From assembly GCA_041653595.1 (NCBI GenBank), contig JBAZFB010000001.1, positions 4,467 through 68,466 of the forward strand: DNA of 64,000 nucleotides. Reading direction: 5' to 3'. A program made the position numbers and the translations under genes. Below the pieces are notes generated by a model. The model was not told where the DNA came from and made no database searches. It worked only from the letters and a program-made list of their open reading frames with translations. Each line of letters starts with the position of its first letter. The first letter of the stretch is position 1. The DNA comes from Candidatus Omnitrophota bacterium (GTDB taxonomy: Bacteria > Omnitrophota > Gorgyraeia > Pluralincolimonadales > Pluralincolimonadaceae). Positions 55,935 through 64,000 of the stretch are shown here, one piece after another.

Positions 55935-56729
55935 TTAGTCGACTATCGTGACTTCTGTGCCTTCCGGCAATATACCGTAAAGTTCCTCGACTTCGCTGTT
56001 AAGCATCCTTACGCAGCCGGCCGTCGCCTGTTTTCCGAGGGAGGACGGGTCGGTCGTGCCGTGGATACCGTATCCTTCCTTGGAAATGCCCATCCAGCGC
56101 GTCCCCAGTATATTCTCCGGGCTTCCCGGAGGGACGGCCGCGCCCGTCTTATACCAGACCGGGTCGACCAGTTTCGTCGTTATCTTGAAAGTGCCTACGG
56201 GCGTGCAGTTGTTCAGGCCGGTGGCAACCTTGTAAGTCTTCATTACGTTATCGTTCTGCTTGAGCATGAGTATATTCTGCGATTTATCGACGACGACGCT
56301 GAATTTCGAGGTCACTACTTTTAATTTCTGCCCCAGCCTTATGTTATCGCCGGTAAGGTTATTGGATTTCTTGATGAGGTCGACGGTCGTACCGAAGACC
56401 TTCGCTATCTTGCCCAGCGTATCTCCGGCCTGGACCGTGTATTCCCTGCTGTCGCTGTCCACGATCGGCGAGAAGAGTATCTTCATGCTGAGCTCTTCCG
56501 CTTTCGGTTTCGCAACTTTTACTATCGCCGGGTCCGGATACTCCTCATATGCTTTTTTGTAGGCATCCCTCGCCTCCGGGATCTTATTATCCTTCTCATA
56601 GAGCGCGGCCTGCGATAGCAACGCCTCGCCCTCTTTAGGTGCGAACTGGATCTTGGGCAGGAATATTACTAGTAATCCTATCACTACTACCGCGATCACT
56701 ACCGCGGGCAAAAAAGCTTTTATCTTCAT
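55935..56729 (-). CDS. LysM-domain L,D-transpeptidase (YkuD)
   Basis: LysM YTVQAGDTLGKIAK and the catalytic HGT…GCVRM. Confidence 0.85.
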   Translation of the reverse strand: MKIKAFLPAVVIAVVVIGLLVIFLPKIQFAPKEGEALLSQAALYEKDNKIPEARDAYKKAYEEYPDPAIVKVAKPKAEELSMKILFSPIVDSDSREYTVQAGDTLGKIAKVFGTTVDLIKKSNNLTGDNIRLGQKLKVVTSKFSVVVDKSQNILMLKQNDNVMKTYKVATGLNNCTPVGTFKITTKLVDPVWYKTGAAVPPGSPENILGTRWMGISKEGYGIHGTTDPSSLGKQATAGCVRMLNSEVEELYGILPEGTEVTIVD

Positions 56730-56747
56730 GTTACTGCGTCTCCCTTT

Positions 56748-57197
56748 CTAAAGCATTATGATTGCGGCGATCACTATCCCTATCAACGAACCTACAAATA
56801 CTTCAAAAGGCGTGTGCCCGATGAGTTCCTTGAGCCTGCTTTCCTGTATCTTCCGGCGCCAGTAGATGTCATCCATTATCTTGTTCAGGATCTCGGCCTG
56901 CTGGCCTGTGGCGCGCCTGACACCCTGCGCATCGAAGGCGATGACAACAGCAAAGACCAGAGCGGCGACAAAAAGCGCCGAATCGAATCCCTGCTGGATG
57001 CCGACGGCGGTAGCCAGGGCCATCACGCCTGAAGAGTGGGCGCTGGGCATGCCGCCGGTGCTCACCACCCAGCGGAAGTTAAATTTCCTCTCCCTGATGC
57101 TGTTTATGACTATCTTGATGGTTTGGGCGGTCACCCAGCCAAGGAGCGTGGCCCAAAAGACCTTGTTCTGGAAGACCAGGAAGACTGAGTTATTCAT
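56748..57197 (-). CDS. DUF212 / divergent PAP2 family membrane protein
   Basis: GGMPSAHSSGVMALATAV, a PAP2-like motif. Confidence 0.7.
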   Translation of the reverse strand: MNNSVFLVFQNKVFWATLLGWVTAQTIKIVINSIRERKFNFRWVVSTGGMPSAHSSGVMALATAVGIQQGFDSALFVAALVFAVVIAFDAQGVRRATGQQAEILNKIMDDIYWRRKIQESRLKELIGHTPFEVFVGSLIGIVIAAIIML

Positions 57198-57245
57198 ATC
57201 TGGTGTCTATTATACTATATTTTTGCCGGGCTTGATAATAAAAAA

Positions 57246-57812
57246 TCACGACTTTATGAGCGAGAGCGTCTCGGACCGCGTCTTCTCGTTCGAACGGAAT
57301 ACGCCCCTCACCGCGCTCGTGACCGTCGATATCCCGGGCTTCTTCAAACCCCTCATCGACATGCAGAGATGCTCGGCCTCTATCACGACCATGCATCCGC
57401 GGGGCTTGAGCTCGCGCATTATGACCTCGGCGATCTGGGTCGTAAGCCTTTCCTGGACCTGCGGCCTCTTGGCGAGTATATCTACCGCCCTGCCCAGCTT
57501 GCTTAAGCCAGTCACCCTGCCCTCTTTTGGGATATAGGCGATATGGGCCCTCCCGAGGAACGGCAACAGGTGGTGTTCGCACACGGAATAAAGAGGAATA
57601 TTCTTAAGGAGGATTATCTCCTCGTGTTTCTGGTCGAGGACGACCTCGAGTTCCTTGGCCGGGTCCTGGCTTATCCCGGCGAATATCTCCCCGTACATCT
57701 CCGCTACCCTGCGCGGGGTCTCCTGCAGGTCTTTGCGTTTAGGGTTCTCTCCGACCGCCTCGAGTATCATAGTCACGGCCTTGATTATCTTCTTCTTGTC
57801 GATCTCTCTCAC
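57246..57812 (-). CDS. folE: GTP cyclohydrolase I
   Basis: CEHHLLPF and QVQERLT. Confidence 0.92.
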   Translation of the reverse strand: MREIDKKKIIKAVTMILEAVGENPKRKDLQETPRRVAEMYGEIFAGISQDPAKELEVVLDQKHEEIILLKNIPLYSVCEHHLLPFLGRAHIAYIPKEGRVTGLSKLGRAVDILAKRPQVQERLTTQIAEVIMRELKPRGCMVVIEAEHLCMSMRGLKKPGISTVTSAVRGVFRSNEKTRSETLSLIKS

Positions 57813-57831
57813 TTGATTTTTCCTTTCTATC

Positions 57832-59217
57832 CTATTTCCCGATACAAAATTGCGAGAATACCTTATCGAGTATATCGTCGGTCACGGTCTCTCCGACCAT
57901 CTCGCCTATGCAATCTAGCGATTCCCTGAGCTCTATCGCTATCAATTCGGGCGAGAGTTTTCCATCTACCGCCTTGATCGCCTCCGTCAGCGATTCGTAC
58001 GAGCGCCTCAGCGCGTCCTTCTGCCTGGCGTTCGTTATCACCGCGCCCTCGGCCGCGCGCACACCGCCTCCGAAGACTTTTTCAGCCATCTTCTCTTTAA
58101 GCCCGCCGATGCCTTCGCCTGACTTCGCGGATACTTCCGCGACCGTCTCGCCTTTAGCGACGGCGAACGTTAATTTCCTCGCAAGGTCGATCTTATTCAG
58201 GACTACTATCCTCTGCCGGCCTTTCGTATCCTCGAGCAATACCCTGTCCTCATCTGTAAGGCGGGAACTCGCGTCGAGGAGGAGCAGTACCAGGTCGGCG
58301 GCCTCGATATGCTCGCGGCTCCTCAGCACGCCCTCCCTTTCGACTATGTCCTCGGTAGGAGTGATGCCGGCCGTATCTGTCAGTTTGAAAGGGATCCCCA
58401 GGATATTGACGAATTCCTCGATGGTATCCCTTGTCGTGCCCGGTATATGGGTGACTATGGCCCGCTCTCTTCCGATGAGCGCGTTAAGCAGGCTTGATTT
58501 CCCGACATTCGGCTTGCCGCATATTACGCAAGAAATACCTTCCCTCAGGATAATGCCCCTGTCCGCCGTCTCCAGCAGCCGCGAGATCTCCAGTTTCACG
58601 GATCCCAGGCGTTCCGAGGTCTTCGCCCCGGATAATATCTCCATATCTTCATCTGGAAAATCTATTGAAGCCTCGACCTCCGCAGATATTGAAATAAGTT
58701 CATCCCTTATCTTGTTAAGGCTGGATGAGAGCCTGCCGTCGAGCTGGCCCAGCGCCGCCCTTAGCGAGGCGTCGGTCTTTGCCCTTATTATATCGAGGAC
58801 AGCCTCGGCCTGCGTAAGGTCAAGCCTGCCGTTGATAAAAGCGCGCTTTGTGAACTCGCCGGGTTCGGCGAGCCGCGCCCCGTTCTCCAATACAAGCCCC
58901 AGCGCCTTTTTTAACGGTATTACGCCGCCGTGGCAGCTTATCTCTACGACCTCTTCCTTTGTGTAGCTTTTCGGGGCCCTCATTACGGTCAACAGGGCCT
59001 CATCTACAACCACGCCCTTATCATGGACATGGCCGAAATGCGAAGTGAATGAACGGAAGCTCGACGGGAGTTTCCCTTTTTTAGAGCGGAATATCCTGTC
59101 GGCTATCTCGGCGGCGTCCTTCCCGCTCAGGCGCACTATGCCGATAGCGCATTCGCCCAAAGAGGTCGATATCGCCGCTATGGTATCTTCCGCGCCTATT
59201 TTAGACTGCTTTTTCAT
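57832..59217 (-). CDS. mnmE: tRNA modification GTPase MnmE
   Basis: [15 protein letters not shown]-domain and a C-terminal CIGK. Confidence 0.92.
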   Translation of the reverse strand: MKKQSKIGAEDTIAAISTSLGECAIGIVRLSGKDAAEIADRIFRSKKGKLPSSFRSFTSHFGHVHDKGVVVDEALLTVMRAPKSYTKEEVVEISCHGGVIPLKKALGLVLENGARLAEPGEFTKRAFINGRLDLTQAEAVLDIIRAKTDASLRAALGQLDGRLSSSLNKIRDELISISAEVEASIDFPDEDMEILSGAKTSERLGSVKLEISRLLETADRGIILREGISCVICGKPNVGKSSLLNALIGRERAIVTHIPGTTRDTIEEFVNILGIPFKLTDTAGITPTEDIVEREGVLRSREHIEAADLVLLLLDASSRLTDEDRVLLEDTKGRQRIVVLNKIDLARKLTFAVAKGETVAEVSAKSGEGIGGLKEKMAEKVFGGGVRAAEGAVITNARQKDALRRSYESLTEAIKAVDGKLSPELIAIELRESLDCIGEMVGETVTDDILDKVFSQFCIGK

Positions 59218-60553
59218 TTATTAAGCTCTTCTTTCCCAGATATTTTAAGGCCTCGCCGACCACGAATAACGAACCGGTAACTAGTATAAGGTCTTCCTGC
59301 CCCGCGTGGCGCCGCGCCAGTTCCACGGCTTCCCCCGCGTTGAATGTCGCGACCGACCTCTTCTCGTAATCCGGAAAATCCTTCCGTATCTTTTCCGGCG
59401 ATACGGCTCGCGGCGAATCTGCCCTGGTAAAGAAGATCTCGTCGGCAAGCGGAAAAAGGTTGCGAGCCAGGCCTTTTATGTCTTTCCCGGAGGAGACGCC
59501 GAATACAAGATAAAGTTTTTTATAGGAGAAGATGCTTTTTACCGTCTCTTTGAGCGCCTGCGCCGACGCCTCGTTCTGCGCGCCGTCGAGTATTATCCAC
59601 GGCGATTTTGAGACGACCTGGAGCCTCCCCGGCCAATTGACGTTCCTTATTCCGCCGGTTATATTATGCGAACATATCGTTATGCCGCGCGCCCTCAGGG
59701 ATTCTATCAGCCCGATGGCGGCTGCGGCGTTCGCGGCCTGATGCCTCCCCAGGAGAGGAGTTGTCAGTAAAGCGTATTCGCCGTATAGGCCGCGGACATT
59801 GAAAGTTTGCTCCTCCGGGCTCGCCGTAAGCGGCTCGTAAGATATATCCTTGCCCACGAGGTAAAGTTTCGCTTTCCTGTCAGCGGCCGCCTTGCGTATG
59901 CAATTCAATACCGCCGGTTCCTGTTCGGCGGAGACGACGATGGAATTCTCTTTTATTATGCCGCACTTCTCCTTAGCGATCGCCTCAACGGTCTTTCCGA
60001 GCCTGTCCGTATGGTCGAGGCTTACCGGGGATATCCCTACAGCCAGGGGATCGAGCGTATTCGTGGCGTCGAGCCTGCCTCCCATCCCGACCTCTATCAC
60101 GGCGATATCCGTTTTCTTTATGCTGAAGAAGAGGAAGGCCAGCGCCGTATAGACCTCGAAGAAGGAAGGCGGACCGAACCTGGATGATTTTGAAAAATTG
60201 TCGAGGAACTTCTTTATCCTCGCCACGAGGGCCGCGACCTCGGCCTCTTCGATATCCCTCTCCTTCGGGAAGGATATCCTTATGCGTTCCTTAAAATCCA
60301 GCAGATGCGGGGATGTGTACAGGCCGGCTTTTATCCCGCCCTCTTTCAATATCGAATATACGAAAGCGCAGGTCGAGCCCTTGCCCTTGGTCCCGGCTAT
60401 GTGTATCGACCTGAAATTACGCTGGGGGTTCCCCAGCCCGTCGAGCAGTGCCCGCATCCTGTCCAATTTCATCACGGAGCGGTAATCGTATACGGGACGC
60501 TTCTCGTAATCTACGAATGAATCGAGGTATTTTAGCGCTTCCTGATAGGTCAT
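59201..60553 (-). CDS. folC: Folylpolyglutamate synthase/dihydrofolate synthase
   Basis: Mur-ligase P-loop IHIAGTKGKGST. Confidence 0.88.
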   Translation of the reverse strand: MTYQEALKYLDSFVDYEKRPVYDYRSVMKLDRMRALLDGLGNPQRNFRSIHIAGTKGKGSTCAFVYSILKEGGIKAGLYTSPHLLDFKERIRISFPKERDIEEAEVAALVARIKKFLDNFSKSSRFGPPSFFEVYTALAFLFFSIKKTDIAVIEVGMGGRLDATNTLDPLAVGISPVSLDHTDRLGKTVEAIAKEKCGIIKENSIVVSAEQEPAVLNCIRKAAADRKAKLYLVGKDISYEPLTASPEEQTFNVRGLYGEYALLTTPLLGRHQAANAAAAIGLIESLRARGITICSHNITGGIRNVNWPGRLQVVSKSPWIILDGAQNEASAQALKETVKSIFSYKKLYLVFGVSSGKDIKGLARNLFPLADEIFFTRADSPRAVSPEKIRKDFPDYEKRSVATFNAGEAVELARRHAGQEDLILVTGSLFVVGEALKYLGKKSLINEKAV

Positions 60554-60559
60554 ATGAGG

Positions 60560-62128
60560 TTAATGCCTGAAATGCCTTACGCCGGTCGTCACCATCGCGA
60601 TCCTGGCCTTATCCGCGGCCTTGACGGAATCCTCGTCTTTTATCGAGCCGCCCGGCTGTATTATAGCGGATATGCCCGCTTTTCCAGCCAATTGCACCGA
60701 ATCCGGCTTCGGGAAGAACCCGTCGGTCGCGAGGCAGGAATCCTTGGCGCTCTTCCCCGCTTTCCTGATGGCTATTTTCGCCGAATCGACCCTGCTCGGC
60801 TGCCCGCCGCCTATGCCCACCGTCTTCTCCCCCTTAACGATGACTATAGCATTAGACCTGACGTGCTTAGCTACTTTCCATGCGAAAAGGAGTGATTTTA
60901 TCTGGCTTTCCGAAGGGCTTTTCTTTGTCACAGTCTTCAGGTCTGACTTCCCGATCCCGAGCTCATCCTGCTCCTGCAGCAACATCCCGCCCTCGATCTT
61001 CTTTACGTCGCATGAATAGACGCCGCGTTCAGGCCCTTTTCCAATATCTTTATATTCGATTATCCGCACGTTCTTCTTCTCGGTCAGTATCTTAAGGGCG
61101 GCGGCCTCATAAGAGGGGGCGATCACGCATTCCAGGAACCCCGAATCCGATATCGCCTTCGCGGTCTTTACGTCGACCTTCCTGTTGAGGCCCACTATGC
61201 CGCCGAACGCCGAAAGGGTATCGCAGGCAAAGGCATCTTTATATGCCTGGTCGAGCCGCAGGGATGAAGCGACCCCGCAGGGAGAATTATGCTTGACGAC
61301 GCACGCGGTGGGAGCCTCAAAATCCTTTACTATCTGGACCGCGGAGTGCAGGTCCAGGAAGTTATTGAACGAGAGTTCCTTGCCATGAAGCTGTTTCATA
61401 TTCCCGAAACCGTAAGCCGGTTTTACCGCGTCTGCGTAGAAGGCGGCCTTCTGGTGCGGATTCTCGCCGTAACGCAGGCCCTGCGCCCTCTCGAAGACGA
61501 GATGGAGCAGGTCGGGGAATTTGTCCTTTGTCCGGCCCAAACGTCCGCTTAAAAAAGCGTATATCGCCGCGTCATACTTCGCCGTATGGCCGAATGCCTC
61601 TAACGCGAGCGCCTCGCGCGTGTCATCCGAAAGGGAACAATCGTTCTTCTGCAATTCCATCAGCACGCAGAGGTACCTGCCGGGATTGCATAAGACGGCG
61701 ACATCATCGAAGTTCTTGGCGGCCGAGCGTATCATCGCCGGCCCGCCTATATCTATCATCTCTACGGCCGCATCGAGCTTGACCCTGGGATTCCTGACCG
61801 TGTCCTCGAACGGGTAGAGGTTCACGACGACCATGTCGATCAGGCCTATTTTGTGCTTCCTGGCCTGGGACATGTGTTCTTTGTCGCCGCGTCGCGCGAG
61901 TATCCCGCCGTGGATCTTGGGGTGGAGGGTCTTCACGCGCCCGCTCAGCATCTCGGGAGAACCCGTCACGTCCGAGATGGCGCGGATCTTTATCCTGTTC
62001 TCTTTCAGGACCTTCGCGGTCCCGCCTGTCGAGATGATCTCCACGCCTAGCTTCTCGAGTCCCCTGGCGAAATCGACAATGCCCTTCTTGTCGGAAACGC
62101 TGATAAGCGCCCTCTTTATCCTAGTCAT
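60560..62128 (-). CDS. purH: Bifunctional AICAR transformylase/IMP cyclohydrolase
   Basis: MGS-like N-terminal domain (RALISVSDKKGIV) and an AICARFT domain. Confidence 0.92.
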   Translation of the reverse strand: MTRIKRALISVSDKKGIVDFARGLEKLGVEIISTGGTAKVLKENRIKIRAISDVTGSPEMLSGRVKTLHPKIHGGILARRGDKEHMSQARKHKIGLIDMVVVNLYPFEDTVRNPRVKLDAAVEMIDIGGPAMIRSAAKNFDDVAVLCNPGRYLCVLMELQKNDCSLSDDTREALALEAFGHTAKYDAAIYAFLSGRLGRTKDKFPDLLHLVFERAQGLRYGENPHQKAAFYADAVKPAYGFGNMKQLHGKELSFNNFLDLHSAVQIVKDFEAPTACVVKHNSPCGVASSLRLDQAYKDAFACDTLSAFGGIVGLNRKVDVKTAKAISDSGFLECVIAPSYEAAALKILTEKKNVRIIEYKDIGKGPERGVYSCDVKKIEGGMLLQEQDELGIGKSDLKTVTKKSPSESQIKSLLFAWKVAKHVRSNAIVIVKGEKTVGIGGGQPSRVDSAKIAIRKAGKSAKDSCLATDGFFPKPDSVQLAGKAGISAIIQPGGSIKDEDSVKAADKARIAMVTTGVRHFRH

Positions 62129-62162
62129 TTATCGCTCCTGTTTTGGGATACTTCTAGGTAGG

Positions 62163-62750
62163 CTAATATTTTAGCAGGTTTAGTTCCTGCCTGTAAAGCT
62201 GGATTTCGCGGCGGAGGGAGGTTATCTCTTCTTCGAGAGGCGCCAGTTCCTGCTTCGCCTTCTCTACATTGTTCTGCAATTCGGCTTGTTCCTGCGTCGA
62301 GAGGCTTAATTTCTTATTATCGAGGAGGCCCTTCTGGTTCTTTATAGAACTCCTGATGGACGATGCCCGCGCTTCCTTGCCGGCCAGTTTCACCTTCAGC
62401 TCTTCGGCCTTGCTGTTTATCTTCTGCCTCTCGGGGTCAAGGTTGGCGTTAAGGTCGTGGGTCTTCGCGTAAAGGTCCTTCCTCGCGGCCTTGAGTTCCT
62501 CTTCAAGTTCCATTATCTTCGAGTTTATCTCGCCCTGTTTCGCGCGGAATTCGCCGTTCATTGTCTCTATCCGGGAATCTATCTGGGCCTTTTTATCGAG
62601 GACAGCCTTGAAAGAGGGGTCGAACTCGAGCAGCGCGGCCTTTATCTCTTCGGGTTTCTGCTGGGGCCCGCAGCCCAGGAATAATAACGGCAAGGTGGCC
62701 GCCGCGGCGATCGATATGAAGAGTCTTTTCGCGCCCATGCTTATCATCAT
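62163..62750 (-). CDS. Coiled-coil lipoprotein (Skp/OmpH-like?)
   Basis: Lipobox LFLGCG and heptad-rich sequence. Confidence 0.45.
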   Translation of the reverse strand: MMISMGAKRLFISIAAAATLPLLFLGCGPQQKPEEIKAALLEFDPSFKAVLDKKAQIDSRIETMNGEFRAKQGEINSKIMELEEELKAARKDLYAKTHDLNANLDPERQKINSKAEELKVKLAGKEARASSIRSSIKNQKGLLDNKKLSLSTQEQAELQNNVEKAKQELAPLEEEITSLRREIQLYRQELNLLKY

Positions 62751-63976
62751 GCGGCGGCTGGTTTCGTCTCGGCCGTCTTTACGTCCTTCTTGCCCTGAGC
62801 CGAGGCGTAGGTCTTCGCGGGTTTTCCCTGATGGTTGACCCTTACCACTTCGCCTTCCTCGACAGGCTCATGATAGGTGAATATCTGTCCGGCGAAATTC
62901 CTTAAGGTAAAGGAGCCCTTTGCCTGCGATATGACGTAGTTCGGCGCCACGGGTATCTTTCCGCCCCCGCCGGGCGCGTCGACGACATACGTCGGGACCG
63001 CGTAGCCCGATGTATGGCCGCGCATCTTCTCCATTATATTTATCCCGGTCGCTATCGGCGTCCTGAAGTGGCTAATGCCTTTCGCCGGATCGCACTGGTA
63101 AATATAATAAGGCCGCACCCTGGCTTTAAGGAGCTCGTGCATGAGCCTGCGCATCGTAGACGGCCTGTCGTTTACGCCTTTTAACAGCACCGTCTGGCTC
63201 CCGAGCGGCACGCCCGCGTCCGCCAGCATATCGCACGCCTTCCTGCAGCGTTTTGTCAGTTCCTTCGGATGGTTGAAATGGAGCGATATCCATACCGGGG
63301 AATATTTCTTAAGCATCGATACCAGGCTCTCGGTCACCCTCATCGGGACCGTGACCGGCATCCTCGTCCCGATGCGGACGAATTCGACGCTCGGGATATC
63401 CTTCAAATTCTTAATGATATCATCCAGCGTCTCGTCCGGCAGCATGAGCGGGTCTCCGCCGGAGATCAGGACGTCGCGTATCCTGCGGTTGGACCTTATA
63501 TATTCATACGCCTTCTCGAAATTCTGCGGGCTTGTCAGGTGCGCCTCCGACCCGACGATCCTCCTCCTCGTGCAATGGCGGCAATACATCGCGCATTTCT
63601 CCGTCGCCAACAGGAGCACCCTGTCCGGATACCTGTGGACGAGCCCGGGGACAGGCGAGTCCTTGTCCTCCCCGCACGGGTCTTCCATATCAAAAGCCGA
63701 GACATCGAACTCCTCGGCCGTCGGTATCGCCTGCTTCCTGATGGGGCAGGTCGGCCTCATCTCGTCTATAAGCGAAAGCCAATACGGCGTTATCGCCATC
63801 AGGAGACGGCCCTTCGACCTTTTGACCCCGATCTCTTCGGACGGGGTGAGCTTGATGACCTCTTTCAGGCCGTCATAGGTCATTATCCTGTTCTTTATCT
63901 GCCAATGCCAATCCTCCCAGTCGCTTTCAGGCACGTCCTTCCAGTGTTCTGCCAAGGAATTAGAGGCGTTTATCAA
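62747..63976 (-). CDS. kamA: Lysine 2,3-aminomutase-family radical SAM enzyme (KamA/EpmB-like)
   Basis: CAMYCRHCTRRR (CxxxCxxC) and an N-terminus …WQIKNRI. Confidence 0.85.
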   Translation of the reverse strand: MINASNSLAEHWKDVPESDWEDWHWQIKNRIMTYDGLKEVIKLTPSEEIGVKRSKGRLLMAITPYWLSLIDEMRPTCPIRKQAIPTAEEFDVSAFDMEDPCGEDKDSPVPGLVHRYPDRVLLLATEKCAMYCRHCTRRRIVGSEAHLTSPQNFEKAYEYIRSNRRIRDVLISGGDPLMLPDETLDDIIKNLKDIPSVEFVRIGTRMPVTVPMRVTESLVSMLKKYSPVWISLHFNHPKELTKRCRKACDMLADAGVPLGSQTVLLKGVNDRPSTMRRLMHELLKARVRPYYIYQCDPAKGISHFRTPIATGINIMEKMRGHTSGYAVPTYVVDAPGGGGKIPVAPNYVISQAKGSFTLRNFAGQIFTYHEPVEEGEVVRVNHQGKPAKTYASAQGKKDVKTAETKPAAA

Positions 63977-64000
63977 CGTGAACTCCTTTCTTGTAGGGCC

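Noticed and set aside
57908-58966. 352-aa plus-strand ORF
   Set aside because: Antisense to mnmE; Ser-rich low-complexity translation.

Overview
This 64-kb window is a bacterial chromosomal segment of unknown taxon; almost every gene is on the minus strand. The fumarase I split into two subunits, the ferritin-like protein and the PEP-CTERM protein suggest an uncultivated anaerobe.

By eye the window falls into three compositional zones. Roughly 1-34,500 is lower GC (about 40-48%) and looks accessory. Inside it, a patch of about 3.5 kb (22,333-25,807) carrying a GH3 beta-glucosidase and a VIT-family transporter is distinctly GC-rich (about 60%). From about 34,900 to the end the sequence is about 53-56% GC and holds a dense housekeeping block. 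That block contains AsmA, rdgB, rph, fumarase I alpha and beta, queE/C/D, murI, an amidase, ssrA and smpB, an alpha-glucan phosphorylase, tRNA-Leu, comM/yifB, yraN, spoVG, mlaFED, accA, folE, mnmE, folC, purH and kamA. A tRNA-His/Arg/Pro cluster sits on the boundary between the lower-GC and housekeeping zones.

The lower-GC part contains an 11-gene co-directional cluster of lipid- and glycan-active enzymes: two GH1 paralogs, a three-protein two-component module, a GT4, an acyltransferase with a built-in carrier domain, a GtrA-glycosidase fusion, a small PLDc_N membrane protein and a patatin-like lipase. Next to it is a second lipid module in which an alpha/beta hydrolase is translationally coupled to a 911-aa acyl-activating–ACP–PlsC tri-domain enzyme. 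The same zone also holds three tandem secreted CBM-like paralogs (one with a PEP-CTERM tail), an iron and oxidative-stress set (superoxide dismutase, ferritin-like protein, FeoB, a DtxR-FeoA fusion, the VIT transporter, and two copies of an lmo0937-type mini-protein), a GH13/CBM48 enzyme, a lactate/malate dehydrogenase and GreA.

The most distinctive signal is a repeated intergenic cassette of about 75-115 bp. It has four full copies and two partial ones. Each full copy carries a textbook sigma70 promoter (TTGA[T/A]A, 17-bp spacer, TATAAT) aimed at a different downstream gene: a CBM-like paralog, the LacI regulator, the VIT transporter, and a protein built from GQFA repeats.
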